The notes: generated by a model from the letters alone, not told the origin. 64,000 nt of DNA from Thermoanaerobaculia bacterium (GCA_963821225.1 CAWGCY010000006.1:275217-339216); one strand, 5' to 3'; positions 17,462 to 29,099 are shown, numbered from the stretch's first letter. Numbers and translations: made by a program.

Positions 17462-20296
17462 TCAGCGAGACATTTCGCCCTGTCCCCCGCCTCGACGTCC
17501 ACTCTTCCGGAAGTAAAACTTGACCAGTTCCATTGCAATTGGCGAAGCGAGGAAAAACGGGGTCATGAGCAGCCAGTCGTCCAGAGTCAACTGCACCGTG
17601 TCGAAGATCCGTCTCGTGAACGGCAGGTACACCACCGCCAGAACCAGCAGGAATGACGCTGACACGGCCCAGTTCATCCACTTGTTCGAAAACACGCCGA
17701 TGGAGAACACGCTGTGGTACTCCGATCGCGCCGTATAGGCCCGGATGAGCTCGGACGTGCATAGAGTCACGAAGGCAAGGGTCTGGGCGGCCTCGAGGTG
17801 GCCCGGATAGCGCTGCAAGGCGAAATGGAACGCCAACAAGACGGCGATGGCATCGACCACGGAGATGACGCCGATGCCAATCGCCATGTCGCGATTGATG
17901 ACCGGCTCCTTCGGGGGCCGCGGCTGATGCTTCATGATGTCGGGGTCGCCCTTTTCCATCCCCAGAGCCAGGGCCGGAGCGCCGTCGCTCACCAGGTTCA
18001 ACCACAGGAGCTGAATTGGCCTCAAGGGAATCGGCAGCCCGAACAGCATCGAGCCGAAGATGATCAGGATTTCCCCGACGTTGCACGCGAGCAGGAAGTA
18101 CACAAACTTGCGGATGTTGGAGTAGATGATCCGCCCCTGTTCGATGGCCGCGACGATGCTGGCGTAATTGTCGTCCGTGAGCACCATGTCCGCCGTCTGC
18201 TTGGTCACGTCGGTTCCGGTGATGCCCATGGCGACGCCGATGTTCGCCCGCTTCAAGGCCGGGGCGTCGTTGACGCCGTCGCCCGTCATCGCCACCACGT
18301 GGTCGCGCGACTTCAGGGCATCGACGATCCTGGTCTTGTGCGTAGGCGAAACCCGGCAACAGACTTCCAGCTTGTCCGCCTTGGCCGCCAGCTCCTGGTC
18401 GCTTAGCTTTTCGATTTCCGGCCCGGTAAGAACTACACCGTCCGCGCTCAACAAGCCGATATCCCGAGCGATCGCCTCCGCGGTTTCCTTGTGATCGCCG
18501 GTTACCATGATGCTCTTCAGCCCCGCACCCTTCGCGACCTTCACCGCCTCCATCACCTCCGGACGCGCCGGGTCGATCATGCCCAGGAGCCCCACGAAAG
18601 TGAGATCCTTTTCGATATTCTCGGACGTGCAGCTTTTGGAGACTTCTTTCAGGGGGCGATAGGCGACTCCTAACACCCGCAACGCGTTGCTCGCGAGATC
18701 GCAGTTCTGATCCAGCACTTCCTTGCGCTTCTCCTCCGTCAGAAGAACGGCTTGCCCGGCCTCCTGTATGTGTCCGCAAAGATCCAGGATGATGTCGGGG
18801 GCGCCCTTGACGAAGGCGACGAACTGCGCGTATTGGAAGCCCGCGGCCGAAGTCAGGCCGTTGGCGCCATCGAGCCTGTGGATGGTACTCATGCGCTTTC
18901 GGTCCGAGTCGAACGGAATCTCCTGAATACGGGGCAAAGCCCGTTCCAACTCGCCTCGTACGAAGCCGCCTTTCATCGCTACGACAGCCATGGCGCCCTC
19001 GGTGGGATCGCCGATGATCTGCCACGAGCGCTTGCCCGCTTCGTCGCTTCGTTCCTCCAGTTTCGCATCGTTGCAAAGTAGCGCCCCGTGAAGGAGCAAC
19101 GTGGCGTCCGGGTCCGCGTGCGTATCGAAGTGCTTCCCGTCAATCGTGAATTGCCCGATCGGACTGTATCCTTCTCCCGTGACCCGGAACCGCTTGGCCC
19201 CGGACCACCCCTGGACCACGGTCATCTCGTTCTGTGTCAGAGTCCCGGTCTTGTCGGAACAAATGACCGTGGCGCAGCCCAGCGTTTCCACGGCCGGAAG
19301 CTTGCGTATCAATGCGTGGCGCTTGACCATCTGCTGCATTCCCAGCGCGAGACAGATGGTTACGATGGCCGGCAGACCCTCCGGAACGGCAGCGATGGCA
19401 AGACTGACGGCGGTCATGAAGAGATTGATGATGTCCTTCTGCTCGGTCTGCAAGTAGTGGAGCCAACCGATCGTGAAGACATCCGTCAGGTGCGTATCCC
19501 GGATGAGACCGTAGACAAAGACAAACACGCAGATGGCGATGCAGCTCGTGCCGAGCACCTTCCCGAGATGCTCCAACTTCCGCTGCAGCGGCGTGTCTTC
19601 CTCCTCGAAAGACTGGATCATCTCCGCAATGAGCCCGATCTGTGTGCTCATCCCCGTGCCCGTCACCAGGCCCGTGCCGCGACCGTACGTCACCATGGTC
19701 CCCATGAAGGCGGAGTTCTTGCGGTCGCCCAGCGGGATCTCCTTGTCCAGCACCACGGCGGCATTCTTCTCCACGGGTACCGATTCGCCGGTGAGGGAGG
19801 CTTCTTCGACCTTGAGGTTGATGCTGGCGACCAGGCGGAGGTCGGCGGGAATGTAGTTGCCTGCTTCCACCAGAACGATGTCTCCCGGAACCAGCTCCCG
19901 GCCCGGGACCGTGACCTGATGGCCGTCACGGATGACCTGGGCACTGGGGGCGGCCATCTTCTTCAGGGCCGCGAGGGCCTGCTCGGCCTTCGATTCCTGG
20001 ATGACTCCGACCACGGCGTTCAGCACCACGATGAACATGATGGCGATGGAGTCGACCCACTCTCCCAGCGCCACCGAGACGAGTGCCGCGACGATCAGGA
20101 TGATCACGAGGTAATTGTTGAATTGACTCCAGAGCAACGAGAGGAAGCCGGGCCGGGGGCGCTCCGTCAGCTCATTGGCGCCGGATTTTCGGAGGCGATC
20201 CTGCGCCTCCTGCTGAGTCAGGCCTCGTTCGAGGTGTGTCTGAAAGTCGCTGACAAGCTCCTCGATCGGCTTGCCATGGGATTCCTTGTCTTGCAT
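17462..20296 (-). CDS. P-type ATPase, P2A (Ca2+-transporting) type
   Basis: [51 protein letters not shown]. Confidence 0.92.
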   Translation of the reverse strand: MQDKESHGKPIEELVSDFQTHLERGLTQQEAQDRLRKSGANELTERPRPGFLSLLWSQFNNYLVIILIVAALVSVALGEWVDSIAIMFIVVLNAVVGVIQESKAEQALAALKKMAAPSAQVIRDGHQVTVPGRELVPGDIVLVEAGNYIPADLRLVASINLKVEEASLTGESVPVEKNAAVVLDKEIPLGDRKNSAFMGTMVTYGRGTGLVTGTGMSTQIGLIAEMIQSFEEEDTPLQRKLEHLGKVLGTSCIAICVFVFVYGLIRDTHLTDVFTIGWLHYLQTEQKDIINLFMTAVSLAIAAVPEGLPAIVTICLALGMQQMVKRHALIRKLPAVETLGCATVICSDKTGTLTQNEMTVVQGWSGAKRFRVTGEGYSPIGQFTIDGKHFDTHADPDATLLLHGALLCNDAKLEERSDEAGKRSWQIIGDPTEGAMAVVAMKGGFVRGELERALPRIQEIPFDSDRKRMSTIHRLDGANGLTSAAGFQYAQFVAFVKGAPDIILDLCGHIQEAGQAVLLTEEKRKEVLDQNCDLASNALRVLGVAYRPLKEVSKSCTSENIEKDLTFVGLLGMIDPARPEVMEAVKVAKGAGLKSIMVTGDHKETAEAIARDIGLLSADGVVLTGPEIEKLSDQELAAKADKLEVCCRVSPTHKTRIVDALKSRDHVVAMTGDGVNDAPALKRANIGVAMGITGTDVTKQTADMVLTDDNYASIVAAIEQGRIIYSNIRKFVYFLLACNVGEILIIFGSMLFGLPIPLRPIQLLWLNLVSDGAPALALGMEKGDPDIMKHQPRPPKEPVINRDMAIGIGVISVVDAIAVLLAFHFALQRYPGHLEAAQTLAFVTLCTSELIRAYTARSEYHSVFSIGVFSNKWMNWAVSASFLLVLAVVYLPFTRRIFDTVQLTLDDWLLMTPFFLASPIAMELVKFYFRKSGRRGGGQGEMSR

Positions 20297-20412
20297 ACAA
20301 GCCTCCTCTGGGAGCCCGTCCGGGAAAGGGTCGACTGGGAAGCCATGGGCTTTGGTCCGGTCTCTCCACAGGCCGCTAACCGAAATTCCACATTCCAGGC
20401 CTCCATGAGCTG

Positions 20413-21366
20413 CTACAGGTTCTTTGCCTCGTTTTTCTTCATGCCCTTCCAGCAGGCGGAGATCGCGGCTCTCAGGGAACTTTTCGCCTCAGAAAGATCC
20501 ATGGGTCGGTATCCAAGGAGTTCCCGGGCGGCTGCGTCCGACAGCTCCCAGGGGTCCGCCAGGAAGGCGCTTCCGGTCCACTCCTCCCTGGGAACGCACC
20601 GGATCTCCGAGCGCGATCCGGTCGCATCCCTGACCATTTCCGCAACTTCTTCCCAGGTGACATAGAGCGTGGAGAGATTGAACGTCCGACCGAATGCCTT
20701 CGGATTTCCGAGACACAGGTCCAGTCCTTTCGCAAGGTCCTCCATGTGGAGGAAGCTGCCTCCGGAATCTCCGGGAACCTCCAGCGGATCGCCCGCAGCG
20801 GCGATCCGAAGCATCTCCCGGAGATGTTTCCCCCCGATTTCCTTCCCGAAGGCCCACCAGAACCGGAGGACGGTGGCCGGAGGCCCCTTCGTCTTCCCGT
20901 ACATGAGGCAGAGCTTCTCGGCTGCAGCCTTGGCGATCCCGTAGAGGGGCTTCCTCGCCTCGTCCACCATGAGGGGATGTTTTTCATCGACGGGGGAGTA
21001 TCCCGGCTTCCCGTATACCACCGCGGTGCTCGCGTAGACCATGTGTCCGACCTTCTGGGAAGCGGCCTCCTCCAGGAGGTAGAGATGGCCTTTCAGGTCG
21101 TGCTCGAGCACCTCGAGGGGATCCTCGGAAAAGGACCAGGCCAGGTGGACTACGGCGTCAACCCCCTCGACGGCCGACTTCAAGATTCTCCTGTCCTCGA
21201 TCCCCGCCTGGACAAGCGTCAGATTCTCGTCTTCCATCGCCCGGAGGGGCCCCACGTTCCTGTCGATCACCCGGACCGCGTGACCGCGCGCAAGCAGCCA
21301 GGCGGTCACGTATCTCCCGCACGATCCCGCCCCCCCGGTGATGAGGATCCTGCTTCCCGCTTTCAT
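20413..21366 (-). CDS. NAD-dependent epimerase/dehydratase (extended SDR)
   Basis: ITGGAGSCG, VVHLA, ASTAVVYG, YGIAK catalytic motif. Confidence 0.88.
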   Translation of the reverse strand: MKAGSRILITGGAGSCGRYVTAWLLARGHAVRVIDRNVGPLRAMEDENLTLVQAGIEDRRILKSAVEGVDAVVHLAWSFSEDPLEVLEHDLKGHLYLLEEAASQKVGHMVYASTAVVYGKPGYSPVDEKHPLMVDEARKPLYGIAKAAAEKLCLMYGKTKGPPATVLRFWWAFGKEIGGKHLREMLRIAAAGDPLEVPGDSGGSFLHMEDLAKGLDLCLGNPKAFGRTFNLSTLYVTWEEVAEMVRDATGSRSEIRCVPREEWTGSAFLADPWELSDAAARELLGYRPMDLSEAKSSLRAAISACWKGMKKNEAKNL

Positions 21367-21412
21367 GGCAGTCTGGATTCCCGGCTGACCCGCGCCCGAG
21401 AAATCCCTTCCT

Positions 21413-22921
21413 TCAGGCCGGCCCTGCGCTCGGCCGTTTCTTCTTGAAGAGCGGCTGGATGGTGGGCAAGAAGAAGATGATGATCGCCGCGATCATGATC
21501 GGCAACGCGATGGGAGGCTTGAAGAAGATCAGGGGGTTGCCGTGTCCCATGATGAGGGCCTGCCTCATCGCCGCCTCGGCCATGTCTCCAAGGACGAGAG
21601 CCAACACCATCGGCGCAAGGGGATAGTCGAGCTTCTTGAAGACGTATCCGAGCACGCCGAAGATGATCATGTAATAGATGTCGATCATCCGGTTGTTCAC
21701 GGCGTAGGCGCCGATGGCACAGACGTACACGATCGCAGGCATCAGGACCGCGAACCGGATCTTCAGAACCGCGGCGAACAGGGGAGTGAAGGCCAGGACG
21801 ATGAAGAGGCCGATGAAGTTCCCCACCCAGCAGCTTCCGATGAGGCCCCAGACGAAGTCCGCGTGCTCCTTGAACAGCATCGGCCCCGGCAGGAGTCCGA
21901 AGATCATGAGGCCGCCCATGATGACGGCCATCGTCGGCGATCCCGGGATTCCAAGGGTGATCATGGGAAGCGTTGCTGAGGTTCCCGCGGCGTGGGCCGC
22001 GGCTTCGGGGGCGATGATTCCGGCCGAAGCCCCCTGCCCGAATTCATCCTTGTTCTTGGCGGCCTGTTTGGCGAAACCGTACGCCATGAAGGAAGCCGGC
22101 GTCGCGCCTCCGGGCTTGAGACCCATCCAGCATCCGACCGCCGCTCCCATGACGACAGTCTTCCAGTGCACGATGAGTGCCTTCGAACCTTCCGCGATAT
22201 CCTTCAACGTCACCTTCGCGGTGATCCCTTCCATCTTGAGGCCTTCCTCGACCGTGAGAAAGATTTCCCCCAGGCCGAACAGGCCGATGACGGCGACGAT
22301 GAAGTTGAACCCTCCCATCAATTCGACGGACCCGAAGGTCATCCGGAGCTGTCCGGTCACGATGTCCATCCCGACCGCCGCCAGGATGAAGCCGAAGAAG
22401 ATGGAAATGAGGGTTTTTGTGGGGGACTTCCCTCCCAGCCCCACGAACGCGCTGAACGTGAGCATCATCACGGAGAAGATCTCGGCCGGGCCGAACTTCA
22501 GGGCGAACTCCGCGATGATCGGTGCGAAGAAGCTCAGCATGATGATCCCGAATACCGCTCCCACGCCATGGGACAAGAACGCCATCACGAGCGCTTTCCC
22601 CGCCTTCCCCTTTTTTGCCAGGGGGTAACCGTCGAAGGTGGTTGCCACCGACCACGGCTCTCCGGGTATGTTGAAGAGTATCGAGGTGATGCTCCCCCCG
22701 TAGAGCGCTCCCCAGTAGATGCTCGACAACAGGATGATGCCCGGCACGGGACTCATCGTCACCGTCAGGGGGATGAGGATGGCCACCCCGTTTGCTCCGC
22801 CAAGGCCGGGCAGGACGCCGACGATCACCCCGAGAACCAGCCCGATCATCGCGATCATGAAATTCCCCGGCTGGATCGCGATGCTTATGCCCGCTAACAG
22901 ATGATGGAGATTCTCGACCAC
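21413..22921 (-). CDS. tctA: Tripartite tricarboxylate transporter large permease TctA
   Basis: GVLPGLG, YGGSITSILFNIPGE, DGYPLAKKG, APEAA, TLGIPGS. Confidence 0.93.
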   Translation of the reverse strand: MVENLHHLLAGISIAIQPGNFMIAMIGLVLGVIVGVLPGLGGANGVAILIPLTVTMSPVPGIILLSSIYWGALYGGSITSILFNIPGEPWSVATTFDGYPLAKKGKAGKALVMAFLSHGVGAVFGIIMLSFFAPIIAEFALKFGPAEIFSVMMLTFSAFVGLGGKSPTKTLISIFFGFILAAVGMDIVTGQLRMTFGSVELMGGFNFIVAVIGLFGLGEIFLTVEEGLKMEGITAKVTLKDIAEGSKALIVHWKTVVMGAAVGCWMGLKPGGATPASFMAYGFAKQAAKNKDEFGQGASAGIIAPEAAAHAAGTSATLPMITLGIPGSPTMAVIMGGLMIFGLLPGPMLFKEHADFVWGLIGSCWVGNFIGLFIVLAFTPLFAAVLKIRFAVLMPAIVYVCAIGAYAVNNRMIDIYYMIIFGVLGYVFKKLDYPLAPMVLALVLGDMAEAAMRQALIMGHGNPLIFFKPPIALPIMIAAIIIFFLPTIQPLFKKKRPSAGPA

Positions 22922-22939
22922 GTTGTTCTCGCTCCGCTT

Positions 22940-23521
22940 TCAGAAGGGGATCAGTTTGCTGCCCCACAATCCCGTCGGCAATGGAATGAGGAACAATTTG
23001 TCAAACACGACGAAAAGGGAAGCCGGAAGGAGGATGCTCACGAGGATCACCGTGACCCAGTGAATCTTCCCCACCGCCCGCATGTAGAACGCAAGGAATG
23101 TCGCGGCCGCGATGTGAAGGCCGACGAATTCCGTGAGGATCACCATCCCGGCCGACGGGAGCAACACCCATAGGATCGGCTTGAGCCCTCCTTCCGGGAT
23201 CAGACGGCCCTTCCCGGCGATCCGCCTGGCCTCGGCCTCCAAGAGGCGCACCCGCTCCTCGGGGACGCCACCCGCCGTCGTGACGACGACGCGCCGAATC
23301 CTCTCCATGGCGGCTTCGAGGTTCTCGGGTGTGGGCTCCTTGAACGCCTTGGTCAGGACGACTGCGCTGCAGATCAGCGTGCCCACCCCGAGATAGAAAG
23401 GGAAGAAGCCGGACTCGGGACCGCTCGGCCCCCATCCAAAGCGAAGCCGGACCGCGTCGACGATGACGATGATCGCGATCGCGATGAAGAAAAAGGCGAC
23501 GACGATCTGAGCCTTCCGCAT
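22940..23521 (-). CDS. tctB: Tripartite tricarboxylate transporter small subunit TctB
   Basis: Four TM segments, GFFP, LFLIPLPTG C-terminus; lies between tctC and tctA. Confidence 0.88.
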   Translation of the reverse strand: MRKAQIVVAFFFIAIAIIVIVDAVRLRFGWGPSGPESGFFPFYLGVGTLICSAVVLTKAFKEPTPENLEAAMERIRRVVVTTAGGVPEERVRLLEAEARRIAGKGRLIPEGGLKPILWVLLPSAGMVILTEFVGLHIAAATFLAFYMRAVGKIHWVTVILVSILLPASLFVVFDKLFLIPLPTGLWGSKLIPF

Positions 23522-23569
23522 CTTCCCTCCCCGTCCGAACCATCATGAAAAACAGCCGGACGATGAAGA

Positions 23570-23587
23570 AGGCGGGCCAGCCCGCCC
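23570..23587 (-). terminator. Stem-loop between tctC and tctB (partial terminator or mRNA stabiliser)
   Basis: GGGCGGGC-TG-GCCCGCCT followed by TCTTC on the minus strand. Confidence 0.4.
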
Positions 23588-23634
23588 TCCCCTCGTCCGG
23601 CGCTCTTTCTGGATTACTGAAATCAAAGGCCTTG

Positions 23635-24624
23635 TTACTTGATGAATCCACCCTTTTTCATGAGGTCCTGCGTCGTTTTGTCCTTCTCTTCCAACCATTT
23701 CACGTATTCCGGACCGGTCAGGTATGCATCCTTGAGCCCCATGTCGGACGTGTACTTCTTCCACTCGGGAGTCTCGGAGACCTTCTTGAAAACCCCGGCA
23801 TAGAACTCCTGTTGTTCCTTGGTGATGCCGGGCGCTGCAAAGAAGCCGCGAAGCATCAGGTAGCTCATGTCCTTGCCGGTCGCTTCCTTCACGGTGGGAA
23901 TCGCCTTCCAATCGGGCAGATTGATTCGCTCATGGTCGATCGTCGCCAGGGGGCGCAATCTCCCGGCCTTCCATTGGCTCACGGCCTCAGCCGGGTTGTT
24001 CACCGTGGAATCGATGTGCTTGCCGACGAGTTCCACGGCCACTTCTCCTCCGCCTTTGAACGGCACGTAGGAGAACTTCACGCCGAATATCTGCTCGAAC
24101 ATGACCGTGATGATCTGGTCCTCCTGCTTCGAGCCGGTGCCGCCCATGTTGAATTTTCCCGGCGCCTTCTTGACCGCATCGAGGTACTCCTGGGCAGTCT
24201 TGTACGGAGATTCGGCGTTCACCCAGAGGACGAAATAGTCGAGCGCAAGGCGCGAGACCGGGGTGAGGTCCTTCCAGCTGAAGGGCACGCCCGTCGCCAA
24301 TGGGGTCGTGAACACGTTGTCCAACGTGATGATGATGACGTTCGGATCGCCCTTCTTGCCCTTCACATACATGAAGCCTTCCGCTCCGGCGCCGCCGGAC
24401 TTGTTCACGACGATGAAAGGCTTCGGGGACAATTTGTACTTCTCGATGAGAGGTGAAGCGAACCGGGCGAGGACGTCGGCACCGCCGCCGGCGCCCGCCG
24501 GAACGATCAGCTCGACGGGCCTGTCCGGCTGCCACGCGTTCGCCGTGCCGGCCGATAAGAGAAGCAAAGCCAGGGAACAAACGAAGATCGTGCCGATCCT
24601 CGCTCGCGAAATCGGTCTACTCAT
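23635..24624 (-). CDS. tctC: Tripartite tricarboxylate transporter substrate-binding protein TctC (Bug family)
   Basis: Signal peptide, IVPAGAGGGADVLAR, VNKSGGAG, VPFKGGGE. Confidence 0.92.
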   Translation of the reverse strand: MSRPISRARIGTIFVCSLALLLLSAGTANAWQPDRPVELIVPAGAGGGADVLARFASPLIEKYKLSPKPFIVVNKSGGAGAEGFMYVKGKKGDPNVIIITLDNVFTTPLATGVPFSWKDLTPVSRLALDYFVLWVNAESPYKTAQEYLDAVKKAPGKFNMGGTGSKQEDQIITVMFEQIFGVKFSYVPFKGGGEVAVELVGKHIDSTVNNPAEAVSQWKAGRLRPLATIDHERINLPDWKAIPTVKEATGKDMSYLMLRGFFAAPGITKEQQEFYAGVFKKVSETPEWKKYTSDMGLKDAYLTGPEYVKWLEEKDKTTQDLMKKGGFIK

Positions 24625-24736
24625 GGTGCTGTCCTCCCCATGTTAAAAAACGTTTCCGTGTATCTGAGCAACGCCTCTTCTTGTTCGTTCCTCGCCCGGA
24701 CCTGTTCCAGAGTATCCTCTTCGCCTTCACGCCGGC

Positions 24737-25759
<1,023 letters not shown>

Positions 25760-26941
25760 CTACATTCCGAGCCAGTAGACGTATCGGTCGGTCCGTTTTT
25801 CCTTGACCATCTTCGTGAGAACTCCCGCCATGTAATCGAAGTCGGCGGGCCAGATGGTCTCGCCGCCAAGGCCGCCCATGAAGGACGTGACGAGAGGACG
25901 CTTATCCAGGTCATAGAGGCTGGCCCTGAGCTCGTGAATGAGGTTGCCGCCTCGCATGGCCGATCCGTAGGAGGTGCTGGTCTCGATGACGCCGACAGCC
26001 TTGACATGGCCGAGCGCCTCGGCGAGCTGATGGGTAGGCCATGGGCGGACCCAGCGCAGCCGGGCCAGGCCGGCCTTGACGCCTTCCTTACGGAGCTTGT
26101 CGACGGCCGTCCGGGCGGTGTTGGAATGAGCGCCCATGATGAAGAACGCGATCTCCGCGTCCTCGAGCTTGTACTGCTCGACGAACGGGTCGTACTTGCG
26201 TCCGAAGATGCGCCCGAAATCCGCCGTCGCCTCCTCGATGACCTTGGGAACCGCGAGGAACGTCTGGGCGCGCATCGCATCCATCGGAGCGCCCTGGTCG
26301 GGGCGGATCTGCGGACCGTGGGAAACCGGGTTGGTCAGGCTCAGGGGGTGGATCGGCCGGTAGGGAGGCAGGAACTCCTTCACCTGTGAGGCTTCTCCGA
26401 TGGTGACCTTGTCCGGAATGTGGGAGATGAAATAGCCGTCCTGGCAAACCATCTGGGGCAGCATCACGCGGTGGTCTTCGCCGATGCGGTAGGCCATCAG
26501 GGTGTTGTCGTAGACCTCCTGCGGAGTGGCGGCCCAGCCGAGAAGCCAGCCCTGGTCGCGGGTCGACATCGCGTCCGTGTGCTCGGAGCCGAAATCGCCC
26601 GGCGGGTCGAGCGTACGGTCGGCAATCGACATCTGAACGGGGTACCGGCCGCCGGCCATGGGGCTGTAGACCTCCATGGCATACGTCACGCCGACGCCCG
26701 AGCTTCCCGTATAAGCGCGGGCACCCGCAGCGGAGGCGCCGAGGACGACCGACACCTGCGCGTGCTCACCCTCGCCGTGGATGAACTCCGCGTTCAGCTC
26801 GCCGTTGGCGACCATCTTCGCGAGCTCCATCATGATCGCCGTGTAGGGACGGATGGGATAGGAACAGATCACTTCGACCTCGGCCGCCTTCGCGCCCTCT
26901 GCGGCTGCGCGGCAACCGGTCATCATGCTTTCTTTTGCCAT
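25760..26941 (-). CDS. oorA: Oxalate oxidoreductase alpha subunit, copy 2
   Basis: CSYPIRPYT, HGEGEHAQ, GSSGVGVTYAME, ADRTLDPPGDFG, HGPQI. Confidence 0.9.
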   Translation of the reverse strand: MAKESMMTGCRAAAEGAKAAEVEVICSYPIRPYTAIMMELAKMVANGELNAEFIHGEGEHAQVSVVLGASAAGARAYTGSSGVGVTYAMEVYSPMAGGRYPVQMSIADRTLDPPGDFGSEHTDAMSTRDQGWLLGWAATPQEVYDNTLMAYRIGEDHRVMLPQMVCQDGYFISHIPDKVTIGEASQVKEFLPPYRPIHPLSLTNPVSHGPQIRPDQGAPMDAMRAQTFLAVPKVIEEATADFGRIFGRKYDPFVEQYKLEDAEIAFFIMGAHSNTARTAVDKLRKEGVKAGLARLRWVRPWPTHQLAEALGHVKAVGVIETSTSYGSAMRGGNLIHELRASLYDLDKRPLVTSFMGGLGGETIWPADFDYMAGVLTKMVKEKRTDRYVYWLGM

Positions 26942-26953
26942 AGCGTTCTCCTT

Positions 26954-27328
26954 TTAGAAGGGTTTCTCCAACCGAACCACGCCACCCTCGAAATCGAGCT
27001 CGGGCACCGCGACGAGCGCTCCTTCCTCGGGGCACTGCGCGATGCAGACCTGGCAGCCCTTGCAGAAGTCGCCGACCCACTCCAGGGTGTCGTCCTGCTC
27101 CTTGTAGACCCAGCAGGCGTCCGGGCAGGCCATATAGCATTGCAGGCAGCGCGTGCATTTCTCCTCGTCCCTGACGGGGCGGACGACCCGCCAGTTCGAT
27201 GTCTGAAACAACGGCTGCGTCCCTACGGGGGCGGGGGTCACGGCGCCGAACGGCACGACGCGATCCTTGGGAACGTCTATGGTCCCGTAGCTGGGGAGCT
27301 TCTTCGCCATGATCTCCTCCTTGTTCAT
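26954..27328 (-). CDS. OOR delta subunit, 2x[4Fe-4S] ferredoxin-like, copy 2
   Basis: TSNWRVVRP, CTRCLQCYMACP, CKGCQVCIAQCP, VPELDF. Alternative start 27310. Confidence 0.9.
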   Translation of the reverse strand: MNKEEIMAKKLPSYGTIDVPKDRVVPFGAVTPAPVGTQPLFQTSNWRVVRPVRDEEKCTRCLQCYMACPDACWVYKEQDDTLEWVGDFCKGCQVCIAQCPEEGALVAVPELDFEGGVVRLEKPF

Positions 27329-27993
27329 TTGTGATGTTTGCTGCCGGCGGTGGCGGTGACCAGCTCGGGGGCGGTGCGCGATGGCGCGTCGAAGCGCTTG
27401 ATCTTCACCTCTTTGAAGCCCCGTTCCATGCCGGAGACGTCGCTGACGACCTTCGCCAGGTGTTCCTTCTTGATCAAGCCCGTGACCTTCGCGATGGCGC
27501 CGACGATGGGAGCCGCAATGCCCTTTCCGATGCCGGTCGCGTCGACGCCGCCCTCGGAGCCGGAGAAATCGACCGTCCGGACACCGGTGATGGCGTCCGC
27601 GTCGACCGTGGCGACCGTGCCGAGCAGGCTGGCATTCGGGATGAATTTCAGCATGTCGTCGATCGAGCGGTTGGTATTGATGATGAGGGTGCCGCCGGGC
27701 TCCATGCCCCTCAGGATGTCGATGCCCTTGACGATCGTCGCCTCACAGATGACGACCACTTCCGGCTTGTCGTTCGTGTAGACGTACTTGTGAGTGATCT
27801 CTTCGTCGCTGAGTCGGACGTATTTCCGGACGGTCACGAGCACGCGGTCCGGCAGGTCTTCGTAGTTGTCGAATGCCTGCGCGTGCTTGCCGTCCATCTG
27901 GGCGGCCTTCGCAAAGAGGTTGATGACGTCCCGACCCTCTTTGTCCATGAGGACGCCTCGCGCCCAAACCGTAATTTCGTGTACCTTTGCCAT
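27325..27993 (-). CDS. OOR gamma subunit (domain III), copy 2
   Basis: ITVWARGVLMDKEGRD, NYEDLPDR, SGSEGGVDATGIG loop, IAAPIVGA. ATG 27993 with AAGGAGG SD. Confidence 0.9.
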   Translation of the reverse strand: MAKVHEITVWARGVLMDKEGRDVINLFAKAAQMDGKHAQAFDNYEDLPDRVLVTVRKYVRLSDEEITHKYVYTNDKPEVVVICEATIVKGIDILRGMEPGGTLIINTNRSIDDMLKFIPNASLLGTVATVDADAITGVRTVDFSGSEGGVDATGIGKGIAAPIVGAIAKVTGLIKKEHLAKVVSDVSGMERGFKEVKIKRFDAPSRTAPELVTATAGSKHHK

Positions 27994-28160
27994 AGACACC
28001 TCCTTAATCGCCGGGAAAATGGGAGCGGACTCGTTTCGAGCTTTCGTGACGAAAGGCGACCTCCTGGGACCGGAACGGTGACGGCCCCGCGGACCGCCGT
28101 CGCCTGGAGGCAGCCAAGTGCTTGATACGACGATGCTTAAAGCTAAGACACATCCGTCTT

Positions 28161-28187
28161 AGTGGTTCGACCATTGGACCAAATGTA
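28161..28187 (-). promoter_or_regulatory. -10 box TACATT plus GntR/FadR operator TGGTCGAACCA for the OOR-2 operon
   Basis: Minus strand TACATT-tggtccaa-TGGTCGAACCA-ctaag, mirroring TACACT-ggaccag-TGGTCGAACCA-cttag at 12873-12901. Confidence 0.7.
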
Positions 28188-28262
28188 GAGCGTCCGGCCG
28201 CTCGGAGATATGACGCGAATGAATCAGTTAGCGGGCGACCGAAAGGCTGGCGGCGCCGCTCG

Positions 28263-29033
28263 TCAGTCATCACGAACGGGGGATGGCGTGTCCCTGAGGA
28301 GGTCCGCGATCTGATCGATGTGCTCTCGCATGGCTTCCGCGGCGGCGCCGGCGTCGCGCTGCCGCAAGGCGGAGACGACAGCCTCATGCCCCAGGATGGA
28401 TCGGCCTGGACGGCCCTTCTGCCTGAGCGTGCGCTTGCGCGATTCCACGAGCAGATCGTTCAGTGTGGCCATGATGCTGACGACCGCGCGATTGCGCGTG
28501 GCGCGCGCGAGGACATGGTGAAAGGCCGTGTCCTCGACGATGGCCGACCGGCCGGTCGTGAGCTTCTGCCGTTGCGCGTCGAGGATGCGCTCCAGGTCGG
28601 CGATGTCCTCGTCGGTGACGCGCGTGGCTGCCGCGCGCGCGACGGCGGGTTCGAACATCCGGCGCAGGTCCAGCAGCTCGTCCTGCAGCTCATGACGGTA
28701 GCTCAGGACGGAAGCCAGCGGTGCGATGAGCCGGTTGACGTCGAGCTCCTGGGGGAACGTGCCGTGACCGTGCCGTCTGACGAGCAGGCCGATCGTCTCC
28801 AGGGTACGGAGCGCGTCGCGGATCGACCCCCGACTGACGCCGAACCGCTCGGCCAGAGCGCGCTCGGCGGGCAGGGCCTGACCCTTGGCGAACGTGCCGT
28901 CGAGGATCAGGAGCCGGATGCGGTCGGCGATCTCTTCGACCAGTCGCGTCTTTCTGATTGGCTCGATCAGCCTTGAGCCGCGGGCACTCTCGCCTGCTTC
29001 AACGGAGCCTTTAGCGGCGACGAATCCCGACAC
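28263..29033 (-). CDS. GntR/FadR-family transcriptional regulator, copy 2
   Basis: Near-identical to copy 1 (LIEPIRKTR..., LPAERALAERFGVSRG). GTG start 7 nt after TAGACT. Confidence 0.92.
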   Translation of the reverse strand: MSGFVAAKGSVEAGESARGSRLIEPIRKTRLVEEIADRIRLLILDGTFAKGQALPAERALAERFGVSRGSIRDALRTLETIGLLVRRHGHGTFPQELDVNRLIAPLASVLSYRHELQDELLDLRRMFEPAVARAAATRVTDEDIADLERILDAQRQKLTTGRSAIVEDTAFHHVLARATRNRAVVSIMATLNDLLVESRKRTLRQKGRPGRSILGHEAVVSALRQRDAGAAAEAMREHIDQIADLLRDTPSPVRDD

Positions 29034-29099
29034 TCGCTTCAGTCTAGGATCCAGCCGCTCACAAGAAATGAGGCGAATGTATCAGTGAGCGGCTAGGCT

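Noticed and set aside
27994-28174. Moco or another known riboswitch in the OOR-2 and MFS leaders
   Set aside because: Only a short GAAA...CTCCC resemblance, and the other conserved elements are not visible. Kept only as unknown structured leaders.
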